A DNA stretch of 64,000 nucleotides from Alloascoidea hylecoeti. Taxonomy: Eukaryota. Location of the stretch: NCBI GenBank assembly GCA_001600815.1, contig BCKZ01000014.1, positions 1-64,000 on the forward strand, read 5' to 3'. The position numbers and the translations under genes are program-made. Shown here in pieces: positions 12,292 through 25,461 of this stretch (position 1 is the stretch's first letter; the number at the start of each line of letters is the position of its first letter). The notes under the pieces are model-generated. The model was given only the letters and a program-made list of their open reading frames with translations. It was not told the DNA's origin and searched no databases.

Positions 12292-14085
12292 TTAAAGAGA
12301 ATATTTCAGTTTACTATATTCTTTTGTAAAAATCAATTCTGGATATTCTTGTGCAATCCATAAAATTAATTTTCCAAATTCAGAATTACACCAACTGAAC
12401 CAACTTCTTGTGTATCTCAATCCATGCATTTTATTAGAAGGTTGATCACTAACTCCTTCATGCATTAAACCTAATCCATCTGTTGATTTAATTAATTGTT
12501 TTAATAAAAATTGGATTTCTTCTATTGAATTTGAAGTTCGAGCTTGAATTATTAAAGACATTGGCCAAGGATGATGCATACCAACATGAGGTCCTCCAAT
12601 TCCTTCAATTACTTTTCCTTTCAAATAATAAGGATTTCCTTGTTTAGATAAAATCATTTTTCTAGTATTTTGATAGATTTCATTATCTCTATCAAGAAAT
12701 CCAAGAATTGGTAAAGAAAGTAATGATGGAACATTTGCATCATCCATTATATTAACAGAACCAAAACCATCAACTTCATATGCAAATACTTTACCAAATT
12801 TTGGATGATCATATACTCCATGTTCCCAAATTCCTTTTGTTATTTCCTTAGATCTAGTTCTAGCTGCTTTTGCTAGATCATGTTTCCCTAATTGTTCAAA
12901 TAATATAGCAGTTCGATTTAATTCAACTGCCATATGGGCATTTCCAGGAATGAAAAATTGATAAATTGTTGCATCATCACTAGGTCTAAAAGCAGATCGA
13001 ATCATTCCAGTTCCATCATTTACAGGATTTCCTAATCCATAATTTGAAAGTGTTTCTGTTCCTATATTTGTATTTCTTTGAAATTTATAAAAACCTAAAC
13101 GAACATTTCCAGCTGGTGTATATGAAGAATATGACTGTTGGTTTAAAACTGTAAATAGTGAATTATACGCAGTTAACCATTTCTTATCAAGAAAGCTTAT
13201 GTCTTCAGTATATTTGTAGTATTCATTAGAGAGTGTAAGAAAAGAAGCAAGTGAGTCGATCTCCCATTTACATTCAAATACCTTTGACCAGTCCGGTCGA
13301 GGAGAAACTAAATCAACTTGACCTTTTCCTTTTGAAATTCCACTACCAGGTGGAGGGTGAAAAGCATTACAATAAGGATTCTGTGAAACAAAACTAGCTT
13401 GTGTATTAATAGCACCTAAGATCAGCTTTTGTATTCTTGTAGATTTACTCGCTAATGGTATATAAGGAGATAATTGCCAAGTAGAATCCCGTAACCATTC
13501 AGCATGAATATCACCAGTAACTATGAAAGTCTGTGGATAATCTGAGTCTGTATGCCACAAAACGGTAGTGTCTAGTGTATTAGGGAATGTGTTTTCAAAT
13601 AGTCTGGCAAGATCTGGATTTTCAATTCGTTCATTAAAATCTTTGATAATTTCTTCAACTTCTGGAGATTTGAATTTAATGCAATGTTCTTGAGGCCGTT
13701 GGTAAGGGAGTTTTAAAGGGCCAACACTGTAAGGGGGATGTCGAACAGTGGAATAATCTAGATAGGAAGGACACTTCCCTTCAAAAAAATGGTTGATACC
13801 AGCCGGAAGAATATGACGATCTCTCTTAACTTGTGGTACAATTTTTGATTGGCCTTCATCGGTTTCTTTGTTTATTTCTTCCTCGCCGTTTCCTTTAAAC
13901 TTAACATCTGGAGGTTTAACCTGTTCGGCACGTGCAGCTGCTTTCAGCCTTTCTTCCAGTTCCTGCTGTGAGTAAAACTGAGGAATGTCCTCAGATTGTA
14001 TGAATGAAACTGAATAGTAGAAGGCAGCCAAAACAAAGACAGTAATTATCAATCGCTTCAATTTGCGCCCGATAACAAAGGACAT
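12292..14085 (-). CDS. Glycoside hydrolase family 125 (exo-alpha-1,6-mannosidase; Mug157/DUF1237-like) with N-terminal membrane anchor
   Basis: 597 aa; LFENTFPNTLDTT, TGDIHAEWLRDS, FECKWEIDSL, FRPSDDA, MDDANVPSLL, GIGGPH and YTRSWFSWCN motifs. Confidence 0.93.
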   Translation of the reverse strand: MSFVIGRKLKRLIITVFVLAAFYYSVSFIQSEDIPQFYSQQELEERLKAAARAEQVKPPDVKFKGNGEEEINKETDEGQSKIVPQVKRDRHILPAGINHFFEGKCPSYLDYSTVRHPPYSVGPLKLPYQRPQEHCIKFKSPEVEEIIKDFNERIENPDLARLFENTFPNTLDTTVLWHTDSDYPQTFIVTGDIHAEWLRDSTWQLSPYIPLASKSTRIQKLILGAINTQASFVSQNPYCNAFHPPPGSGISKGKGQVDLVSPRPDWSKVFECKWEIDSLASFLTLSNEYYKYTEDISFLDKKWLTAYNSLFTVLNQQSYSSYTPAGNVRLGFYKFQRNTNIGTETLSNYGLGNPVNDGTGMIRSAFRPSDDATIYQFFIPGNAHMAVELNRTAILFEQLGKHDLAKAARTRSKEITKGIWEHGVYDHPKFGKVFAYEVDGFGSVNIMDDANVPSLLSLPILGFLDRDNEIYQNTRKMILSKQGNPYYLKGKVIEGIGGPHVGMHHPWPMSLIIQARTSNSIEEIQFLLKQLIKSTDGLGLMHEGVSDQPSNKMHGLRYTRSWFSWCNSEFGKLILWIAQEYPELIFTKEYSKLKYSL

Positions 14086-14732
14086 TGTGGGATGGATACT
14101 AGCTGGTTTAAAATAGAAACGGGAAGTTTATTCATTCATCCATACATCAGTGCTAGTTTCGAATCCAGTTCAGTCCACGTGAAAATGGATCCTTCTTTGC
14201 AGATTTCTCTATTAATTCCAACAGGTTCTAACCGTTCAATGAAATCTTCTGAACATGTGCGATACCGTAAAACAATTAGATCCAATAGAATGAATGTTGA
14301 TGTGATATCGAAATAGTGAAGAATCATGGTTGCATAAACAACCCAACACCCCCTACTAACATTATAATTAGAAGATGATCTGGTGCTTAAAACATTTAAT
14401 TTTGGATTGATAATCAGTACCATTTGACTTCTATAGTATATCATGACTTATTTATATAAATACTTGTAATCGGATTGTTGACGAATGAAAGGGAGTCATA
14501 TTGCAACAACACGGCCGTGCTTGTATTTATCATAACAACTTATCTTGGATAGCACTTTGCGAATGAATTAATATTATTATATTTGAGGGTACTTTTTGGT
14601 AGATCGTCTAGAGTTTCCTGTATCGGATAAAATTATACAAGTCAGCTCATTTTAATTCGGATTCTTAACATCGCTATAAATATACAGCGCAAATAAGTTT
14701 TCAACAACATCAAAATAAACAAACCTATATAA

Positions 14733-16031
14733 ATGATTGATCCTAATGAACCAGTTCTTATCGTGGGAGCAGGTACTTTTGGCCTTTCCACTGCACTTTT
14801 CCTACTTAGATCGGGGCACAGAAACGTCACATTAATTGATCCTTATCATTTTCCTTCTGATATCTCAGCCGGTAACGATGTGAATAAAATAGTCCAAACT
14901 TACCTCACATCTAGATTTTATACAGATTTAGCACTTGAAGCTCTTGAATTATGGAGAAATGATCCAATTTATCGTGATGCATTCCATGAAGTGGGAATTG
15001 TATATGGCGCGAAAACAAAAGAACCAATATCAGAAATCAAAGAACGTTATTATAGTTTATCTAAACGTGGTTTAAATTTAACTTGGTATAATAATCCAAA
15101 AGACTTTCAAAAATTTTATCCAATTTCTTCAGGATCAGAAGTTTTCAAAGATTGGCAAGGTTTTTATCAAAATTCGAATTGTGGTTGGGCTAATGCTGCC
15201 CTTGCTTTGAAAAATGTAGCCAAAGAGTGTAAACGATTAGGTGTCAAATTCATTAAAGGAGAAGTTTCTGGATTAATTTATGGTACTAAAAATAATAAAT
15301 CAACTATTTTTGGTGTCAAAACAATAGATGGACTTAAAATATTTGCAACTAAAACCGTAATTTGTGCCGGTGCCAATTCTGTCAAACTTCTTAATTTTAA
15401 AGGTCAGTTATTGGCAAAATGTTGGACTGTTGCTCATATCAAACTCACCCATGAAGAATCTAAAGCTTTGAGAAAAACTCCTGTTTTATTAAACATTGAA
15501 GAAGGCTTCTTTTTTGAACCGACTTCCAATAATGAACTGAAAGTATGCAATGAGTTTCCTGGTTATGTAAATATGGACCCAAACTCAAAAGATTCACTAC
15601 CAGTTTATTTGAACAAGATTCCGATTGAAGCAGAAAGACAAATCCGTGGTTTCCTTCGACAAGTTCTACCAGAAATTGCAGAAAGACCTTTCTCTCTCGC
15701 AAAGATATGTTGGTGTACAGACACCCCAAACAGGCATTTCTTGTTTGGAGATCATCCTGAATTTGAAGGGTTAGTTCTTGGAACTGGCGATTCTGGTCAA
15801 GGGTTTAAATATATGCCCGTTATTGGAAACTACATTGGAAATGTTGTACTACATGGTGCTGACGTAGGTTTGGATGATGAGAAACTAAATACATGGAAAT
15901 GGAGACCTGATACGGCAATAAATAGAGATATTTTAGGTGATAATCAAAACAGATGGGGAGGAAGTAATGTGATAAAAGATTTATCAAAAATTCATGAATG
16001 GACTAATGGCAAATTAGGATCCAAGATATGA
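14733..16031 (+). CDS. FAD-dependent L-pipecolate/L-saccharopine/fructosyl-amino-acid oxidase (sarcosine oxidase family), probably peroxisomal
   Basis: 432 aa; IVGAGTFGLSTA FAD motif, SAGNDVNK, CWCTDTPNRHF, GDSGQGFKYMP; C-terminal SKI (PTS1-like). Confidence 0.9.
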   Translation: MIDPNEPVLIVGAGTFGLSTALFLLRSGHRNVTLIDPYHFPSDISAGNDVNKIVQTYLTSRFYTDLALEALELWRNDPIYRDAFHEVGIVYGAKTKEPISEIKERYYSLSKRGLNLTWYNNPKDFQKFYPISSGSEVFKDWQGFYQNSNCGWANAALALKNVAKECKRLGVKFIKGEVSGLIYGTKNNKSTIFGVKTIDGLKIFATKTVICAGANSVKLLNFKGQLLAKCWTVAHIKLTHEESKALRKTPVLLNIEEGFFFEPTSNNELKVCNEFPGYVNMDPNSKDSLPVYLNKIPIEAERQIRGFLRQVLPEIAERPFSLAKICWCTDTPNRHFLFGDHPEFEGLVLGTGDSGQGFKYMPVIGNYIGNVVLHGADVGLDDEKLNTWKWRPDTAINRDILGDNQNRWGGSNVIKDLSKIHEWTNGKLGSKI

Positions 16032-16825
16032 AGCTCATATCGTAAGCATCTCAATTTCAATTGCAGTATAGTCACTTATCAATTATGATGACTATAGCTC
16101 GTTTCAGAATATAACTATTTATTGAACATATATGGTGAAGGTTTACGGTAGATCTAGAAAAAATTTGTACCTGCATTCAATGTTGTAATTATTCATATGT
16201 GTAGTAATATTTCACCCCCAATTCGAATAGTTTGTGTTTAGGAGTACAATCAGTGATACTTATAGCTATTATATACAACTCATTGAGTGTTAAAGATCAC
16301 AAATAATATACATTTGCCTTTATTATCTGAAAGGTAGTTTTTCCAGTGGTTGGTTCATGTTTAACACAAACTCCTATTCGCATAGTATCGCAACATAATT
16401 AGTGTTACAACAATATTACACATTAGTTTAAATACTTTAATCCTTCACTTTATGCAGTTCATAAATAATTCTTTGGAAATTGCACTACCTTATTACTTGA
16501 AAACATTCGTTCAATTATAAATTACGGGTCAAACTGGTAATAATGTGGCCGAAAAACGGTTATGGTGATAGCGGATAATCAGTGTTAAAAATGGCCCAAA
16601 TCAAGTGAAATGACGACTATAAATGATTGATGTTTTACATATCTACTCTAATTATAATATATCTTGACAGTTGAAATATATTCTGACTAATAAAGTTGAT
16701 GTAAGATGAATATAATTGAGCCAATAATAAGATTTGTTGCAGTCAATTAGTAATGATATTTTGAGGATATATAATTATCCATTTTTGACTTCAATTCCAA
16801 TTAATATTGAGTTTGCAAATATATC

Positions 16826-17592
16826 ATGTCTTATAAACTGACCATTGCTCTTTTTGGCGCTCATGGACTTATGGCAGGACCAATAATTTCAGCCCTAACT
16901 TCACCTGTATTTGTTAACAGGTTTTCTTTTACTATTCGTGTTGTAACTCGTGATACATCCAAAGAAAAGAATACATCTGAGGTTACATATTATGCCGCAC
17001 AGAATTCATCTATAGAAGAGTTATAACTAAACTTTATGTTCCTTCTGAATTTGGTACTGACTATAACGTGAGTGATTGGACTAGTGTTTTCGCAGGTAAG
17101 ATATCACATAATGAAACTGCTCGTGCTGCTGGTTTAAAAACTGTATTAGTAATAAATGGACTATTTGCTGACTACCTTCTTGTGCCTTCTTCGTTTTTCT
17201 TTTCATCTGGAAAATATGAATTAATTGGCACAGAGGATTATCCTGTTTCTGTTACATTTATTGCAGATGTCGGTCGTGTCGTTGCAAGTCTTGCTTCAAA
17301 GGATCCATCTACTATTCCTAATGAGATTAAGGTAAACTCAGCTCAATTACCAATTAAGCATTTTATCAATTTATATGAAAAGCAAACTGGAAAGAAGTTA
17401 GACATCACCGTTATTCCTTTAGAAGAACAAATTAAAAAGACTAGTGAACTGTTTAAGAAAGGTGTTACTTCTCCAGATGAGTTTTGGGTTTTCATCAATA
17501 CAATCATAGCTCAAGGTGGTTCTAGATATGGAAAAGATATTCAGAATGATTTCGTGAACAATGGGGAATGGGAATGGGATGTATTTTATTAA
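16826..17592 (+). pseudogene. NmrA/isoflavone-reductase-like NAD(P)-binding protein with internal deletion and frameshift
   Basis: N-terminal IALFGAHGLMAG Rossmann motif ORF stops at 17026. KLYVPSEFGTDY resumes immediately in another frame; the usual intervening segment (DVVIS...Q..L..A) is absent and there is no room for an intron. Confidence 0.7.
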
Positions 17593-18939
17593 ATCTAGTG
17601 AAATGAGCTAATGCGATGTGTATATTGGTTAATTATGAATATTTAAGCATATGGAAAAATACAGTTTTCCCACTTGTTTTTACTATTTTCCAGAAATGAT
17701 TAGAATAATTTGAGATTAACTAGGCTAATGATATAAAACAACATTAATCCATTTCAATTCAAATTGGCCTATGAATTAAAAATTACTTAGAATAATACCA
17801 AAATTTTTTTTGATAATATTTAGGAAAATTGATGTTATCAATTTCACATACATTGAAAACCTAAGAACTATAGTTAAAAAGTCCGCGGTGCGATTTCCCC
17901 TAGGAATATGATAGCTATTATGATGTTAATGCTTTATCGTTGTTCTTCTCATAATTGTAATCCTGCTAGATGGAAAGTGCTAACGGTATTAAATTTTGGT
18001 CATTAATAAAGCTAATGTTATAAGATTATAGTCTAATTAAGTTATAGGACAACATTAAATAGTGATGAACGATGATGAAATGAACCTGAGCATAATTTTG
18101 GTAAATATTATGTTGGATATATTACACTCTTAGAACAGTTCACTAAAGTGTCGATTGGCTTTTTGGCGTAACTGGGAGAACAGGCACTTTGAACTTTAAC
18201 ATATTATATAAAAAAAAGAAAATCCAACGTAAAACCCCAATTGCAAAGTCTTGAAGATTCAATATTTTCTCCATCGAAATTAAAAGTAATATAATCTTCA
18301 TGATGACTGCATCCCCGAACTTAAATATATTACACGAGATCTCAACTTGGGTTGGTACACCTGTTGATGAAAGATATCCTGACGATTATGGATTTTATAA
18401 TATTTTCTATTATGGTGAAGATGGAACCTATAAATACAGATATGATGATGTGTTTAATCTTCCAGATATCAAATCAATGGCTCAATACATGAAAGGTTCC
18501 TGTTATACACTGTATGATGATGTCAGAATGCTGAACGTGTGATCACAGATTCAGGAAGAGAAGAAGTGGTAGCATTATTAAAATTGAATGATGCTTATGT
18601 TGAAAAAAAGAAATTCAAGGAAATTTACCCTGATACTTCAAGTGCCAAAGATAGAAAAGAAGAAAATCTAATATCAGGAAAAGCTAGTGTTCGTTGACAA
18701 ATTAGGAACTTTGAATGTACGTTCTTCTGAACAATCCGCTCGATCTATCTTATCTTCTTCTCCCAATTTATAGATTTGCGATAGAATGAACTGAAGTTAA
18801 TAGGTCACATTGATCTGGTAACATGTTTAAATAAATATTGACTCTTTTAAGAAATATATTAATTGTTAGTACTGTTGGGAGATAACCCGAGCATTGTTTT
18901 GAATGTGCTAAAAGCCAAGTAATTAATCATATAAGCTTA

Positions 18940-19060
18940 TACACTACTTTGCATAACTATCGACCACTTGTTGAGGTATTCACCCTTAGTTGAGAAACTA
19001 TTCGCCCTTAGTTGGAGTAACCATTAAACCACATGATGTAATAATAATTCGACCACTTAA
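18940..19060 (+). mobile_element. Tc1/mariner-like terminal repeat fragment with subterminal TATTCG(A/G/C)CC motifs
   Basis: TA-CACTACTTTGCATAACTATCGACCAC matches the reverse complement of 43541-43568 (TA-CAGTATTTTGCATAAATATCGACCAC) at 25 of 28 positions. Confidence 0.65.
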
Positions 19061-19504
19061 CCTTGTGTTGACCAATAACTATACTTGTTTTTATCACTAA
19101 AGATATTAGTGGAAGATAATTCGCTGTTCTATTTATTCTAGAGGGAACACCTGTTGGAAATACATATATATATATTGAAAGGAAGAACATTTTCTGAAGA
19201 AAAGGGTTAAATTTTTATTGGGTTAAGTTTTTTTTATATATACATGTACAATTTTGTACACCTTTTATAATACAATTTTACTTCTATATTAAACACACAA
19301 ATTAATATTATTATTATCGAGTCTCATTTATATTATCTAAGAGCTATACAATAAGTGTTGTATCGTTCATAAAGGAGCATAGGTTATACTGTTCTTTTAC
19401 AACGTCACAAATATGGGACCACCTTCTGAATTAAATATTCGGCCACCTCAAAGGTTCAAACACTTCTTAAATTAAATATTCGGTCACACCTTGGGGTGAG
19501 GAAA

Positions 19505-19848
19505 AGTTTACTCGGATATCCAAAATTTTCAACCACAAATTGCAAAGTCAACAAATGTAATTTATTGTAAATAGTATTACTAAAATCTACTTATAATAAT
19601 CTCTTTTCTGATAATAAAGAGTGAGCATTCGTCTACCTTATTTAGCTAAAAGCCCGCCAACTGTAAGCCCAATACCAACCGGCATTTTAATACACTCACT
19701 CCACAAAAGATTTATAGAAAAAAATATCGAACATCTACTATCAGAATAAGAGATTAAAAAGATTATAGGTGTAATACTATTTTCAATGATTTTTATTTGT
19801 TGTTGGATTTGCAATTCATGGTTGAAAGTTTTGATATCCGAGTTAACC
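19505..19848. mobile_element. MITE-like element with ~125-bp terminal inverted repeats
   Basis: ACTCGGATATCCAAAATTTTCAACCACAAATTGCAAA (~19510) pairs with TTTGCAATTCATGGTTGAAAGTTTTGATATCCGAGT (~19808-19843); AATAGTATTAC/GTAATACTATT and AATCTCTTTTCTGATA/TATCAGAATAAGAGATT also pair. Confidence 0.8.
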
Positions 19849-22800
19849 TCTTAATCCGAGTTCCATCTGTTGGTAGTGTTTCTAGATTTCAATTGATTAT
19901 AGCCTTGGGTATTCTGTGCTTCATATATTTGAGGTTAAAGTTTTGATTATTTTGAGAAGTTAGTGTATTCATTTAGCTACCTTAATATTACTGTTATTGA
20001 ATAAGTGTATCATGATCTGACAGGTAATTGTACGGTTATATTTTATTCAAACTTTATTTCTAATAGTAAACGCTTAAGATTTTGGATAAAATTAAACTTA
20101 ATAACATATCTGATACACAGTGAGGTCATTAATCCAAATTTAAATAAAAAAATGAATTTGATGCTTGCAAAATTCAATAACATGGTATTTATTATTCTCA
20201 GGTGCTGTTAAGTAATTTAGACAATTAATTCTATTGATTTGAAATAATTAATCATATAATCCGTCATTATTAATCCATCTTATCAAACAGTTATTAATTA
20301 AGTAAAATCAACAAGTGATAAATAGTAACCATCATGAGCGACAAGTTTGTTGAGACAATTTAGTTCAATCCAACTATGCAGAGCGATAACCTTCCCAAAA
20401 AACGTGTGGCATTTGATTCAAATCGAAGAACACATCTAGTCAATAGAGCCAAACTCGTTAATTCTTTTGAGACAAAGTCACCTAGATATCCAGGATAAAT
20501 CGTTATCTTCATCGGCGGTATCTTGATTATTCAGTATTGGAACACCATTATTTTTGATCCTGGTGATATTTTATAACTGTTAAAGTAATAATAGGTTAGC
20601 ATTCCACCCTAATACACGAATCACTTGGAATTGCAATTATTACATAAGATAAATTTTATCTATTTTCTATCTGACTTAGAACATTACATATATAAATTTC
20701 TTCTTTTTTTTCTATTCATAACCTACTTGAGCTCTCTCCAAATCTCATAACATGGCTGTTTATATTATTGTAGGTGGTTAAAGGTGGTATATTGATGTTG
20801 GTACTAGTTTTGTGGGATCAATGTATCATATAATATAAGCTTATTGTTGTTTAATGAAACTTAAGGACATTCACTAGAGAATTTCTTTTTCTTCGACTAA
20901 AGTAATTATAATATAAGAGAGATTTAAAGAAATTGGAGGACCAATATTAATAGACGCCCAGATTGAATCAAAAGCGGTCAGAATTAATCTCTCCAAAAAA
21001 TATCATTGGTTATAGTATTTGAGGATATGTCTGTGACTTTATGTGAGGTGAACGATGATTTCTTAACTTTCTCCTGTATTTTTCTGTAGTTTGGAGTTTA
21101 CAGATTTTCTATAACTTTAGCCATTTGCTAAATTATCCTTTCACTTATCATGAAGCTGGATCTTTTGACCCCATTTACTGGAAATCATCAACTTATTAAA
21201 ACCACATCCTATATGAGGAGATTGGGGATGTGATCCATTTTCATATTTATATTATTATTGTTTCTGTTTTACAAATTGAATCTTAAGTTTTTAATATTCA
21301 CCAATTGTGTCTTCCAAAATAGCTAATTCATTTCGAGATAATAATTTACAGTCATATCGCCTACAAAAATATCGATAAATCGCCAATGGTAAGAGAGCAA
21401 TTGATTACTGCTACTAGCTATAAATTTTGGTTAAGAACCATGTTAACATAATTAAATATATTTCAACAGCAATATTTGGCATTTCTAGAATCCAATCAAA
21501 GATAGTAGCTTTAAAGCTTCGTATTGGAAGCACATGTAGTACAATGTTCATGTAAATAAATATGAATTGCGATTGATTAACTGACGATCATTAGTCAAGA
21601 ATCAAGATGTGCTGTAGGCCTATAGCTGTTATATAGATTATATTGATTATGAAGAAAAAAACTGTAACTTATTCTTCTAATTTGATCATAATCGTGATTG
21701 ATGTTTATCTCTTATCTAAGGCTCAATAGTGAAATATTGACCATATGTTAATATATCAAACTTAAGCTTGTAATTGACGCTATATCCTTTTATAAATTAG
21801 AAATATTTGTTCTCCTATTATTCAGCTTCAGTGTAAATTTAGCAAATAGCATATGCATATGTAGTAGCATAGAAAAATAAAAGCAAGCATATTCAAACGG
21901 CTGTGAGTCTGTGAGGTATATAAGATAGGCTTATTATATTAATATTCCTCAATACACGTATGGATAATATCGCCGACTTTAACTGGTTTGATTCATATTA
22001 GGTAATTAGCGCTCTCTAATAGTCTCTAATAGTTATTCTCTATCAATCTTCTCTAGATTTTCTTAATCAATACACTATCTCTGTCAATTGCAATGTGTAC
22101 CTCACAGTTGATCTGATCCAGTAGACCAGATCATCAAAGTTGTCTATTCCCAATTGGTGCTGTGTAATAGTGTCAATGGCATCTCTATGCCCATTGCCCA
22201 CAATTCATATGTAGAGGTTCTTGCATACTGACATCTCTTAAGTTCCAGGTTTACTAAACTTAACCATATATCTGTTGATTCTGTTCTGTAGTTATAGCTA
22301 GCATAACTATCAACTACTCACATGTAACTGCAGGCGAAATGAGTAATTAATTATAATATTATAGAACTAGATCTCGTACATTTGAGTGCATGCATTAATA
22401 TTACTAATATTATAATTTCATATTCTATTTTATTCTATTGAGTGAATTTCTTTCATGTGAAAAAGTTCGTAAATGTTGCAATCCGTAATATTAATATATA
22501 TTTAAAGGTCATCAAGTATAGATATTATACACGTATAGACGAATGTTATGAATAAAATGTCTAAATAACTTGTTATCTTCAACTATAAAGATTCGATTAG
22601 CGCTAGTTCTACGATCAGAAATTCTAGCGGCACATGTTTGAACCATGAATTGGTCAGATTCTGGAAGATATTTCATTCTATAGATCTATAAGATCGAGTT
22701 ATAACTTACATACGTATACTACTATGTATTATGTAATTAAGTTCCCCTAAAATTGTTAATAATAGAATTCGATTATATAGGCCCTAAATATTCTCTACCT

Positions 22801-25461
22801 AAAACTAGATGTTAAGAATCTTATGATATAAGCTAACTATATGCGGAGCTACATAACCGTTTTGAGGTATAGCTGTTGTTATAGCCAATATACAGGGCTT
22901 ATATAGCATATATTATTAAAATTAACATATATAACTTGTTGCTAGATGGTAGATGCTATATTAACATATATAAGATCATGATGTTATACACAGCCTATCT
23001 TTTTAATTATGTATTAGCTTAACAATTTAAATTTTAACTGTATACTGAGAGCACCGAGAGCAAAAGCACATGTAAGAAAAAAAATCAATTACACCTATAG
23101 CTAGCTAGGCCCTAAATTATAACTTAACCTTACCTCATATATGCATCTATGAATATATTGTATAAAACAAGAATCGTTAGTTTCATGATCGGAGGTTTAT
23201 TTAGAACATTTATGTTAGTTATGAACTTATGATTGATGAAAAGATATTAATTGTTAGCTATAGGTTTAAGATCTAGATATTACTATCGCTATTCATATCA
23301 TTATCATGACAATTGTTTTAAGCTTCTAATTATAATTTAACGGAGTAAGTTTTTATATTATAAGGCCTAAAAAATTAATGTTATATAATTAAAATTATAA
23401 TGGAGATATTGGAAAATTATTGTTAGACTAATTACTTTATAAATATATAGAGCTATCGCTTTAATATACCGATTTCCAATTTGCAATAGTTTAAGGTTAT
23501 AATATAATATAAGCGAGTACGTTTGTAGGTTATTATAGAAACATATGGGCCTTCAACTGTTAGTTTTCGCCTTTCATCTCTTTAAGCAATAATTAGCTAT
23601 TATACTTATATCAAAAACAGTTACTGTTAGTTGTTGTTAAGAAATCTTATATACCGATTACATCGCGATCGAAAAGTCGATCCTAATATGTTAATAACAA
23701 CGTTCTGAAAATGGAAAGTGCAATGAATTTGAAGCTTTTTCCGGATCCCATTGTTAATAGGAAATTAGGAATGTTGTTGATAATAAGATTATTATCCAAG
23801 ATTTATAAACGATATATCTACATCTAGTTAACGTTATAGGTAACTCTAATCTATTATTATTATCTGTCTAACAGTTGTTATATGTCACGCCATTTAGAGA
23901 CTTCCATTAAATGTATAGAATATAAAATGGCGATACACGTCAAGATCACCCATTTATGTTGAATTAGAAGGTAATACCTGACGACCCTTTTGATTTCCCT
24001 TTGATAGAACATGACCACAAAACTATATATACTATAACTGTCACCATTCAGTTTAAAATTATCCTCAAAATCAAAACTATTCCAATGCTATCGATATCCT
24101 TATATGGAGTTTCTATTGTTGCATATTGGTGTATATACTATATTCATATGTCGCAATTTCTTCCTATTAATATTGACTCTGCAGTTACTGCATCAGTATA
24201 TTTGCATATGCATACGTACATAATATTAAATAATATTTTGTATCCTGGCCAATTGTAAATGTCTCAGCTCTTCTCATCCCATCACAAATTAGTGGTTGTT
24301 GCCGCAATTTTAAAGATTCAATACGATACGAAGAATAATTATAATTAAATAAAAATTAAAACGTTTTAATATTAATTAATTTGGATTGTGAATTTTGCAT
24401 GTTGTAAACTTCAATTTTTCCACACATGTAATTGCAATTAATTTGTATATAGGTTTTCCACACACTTAAGAATTACATTCCAAATTTAAAAGTTATTTCA
24501 AATATAACTTGCAATTGGATTACGCCCCCACCAGAACTACTACAGACATTGTAGAATTTCTTTTTGGATCTTCATCCAACAATTCGATCAGAATGGCTAC
24601 GTACAGAATCTACAGATAGTTACAACTTACCACCGATAATCGGCTCGACTGAAATTCGACTTACAATATATAAATTTAATGAAAATATTTAAATGGTTTG
24701 TAGTTGTCCCTTCTTGGTAATTAATGTTTTAGATATCCTCATATTATATAACTGGTTAATCAATTGCAATTGATCTCCTTATTAAATTTGTAATCGACCC
24801 CATTATTATTACTCTTTAACAATTGAAATGCATATGGTTAATTGGTTGTAACTCTGACCACGGAGTTATATCTTTAAAACAACTATTAGGTGATAGCCTC
24901 AATTAAGAAGAATACTTTTAATCACAATAATAATGAATTTAGCAACAGATGTACAGGTCCATTGCCTAGGGAATCAAGGGAATTATGAAGATGAAACCCC
25001 CAGGTCAAAGTAATGTAACGTACTTCTATAGTAAGCTCGTTTAACAAAATAGTGATAATTTTTAAATTTAAATATCATAATTAATATTTTGTTTATATTG
25101 ATGCAATTGCAGGCACGTTAACTATATGTCATAAAATATTAATTATAATATAATATTAAGGGCAATGCATCAATATTACATATCGGATCAAAATGGAATG
25201 GTTAAGAATTAAATTTTAAAATATCAACATTACAACCTAATATCTAATATATAATATTAATAAATACAATATTCAATCTGCAAATTCAAACTGCTTAGGC
25301 TTATTGGAGAATTAATTTTAACAGGGAACAAGGACAAGGCAATAATTGAAATTCATATATGAAACTGTAAGACTATATAAACTGTGCTTTCCCTCTAACA
25401 ATAATTAACTTATACCATCAAATTAATAACTTTCTCTTACTATTTTAACTATCTAAATAAT

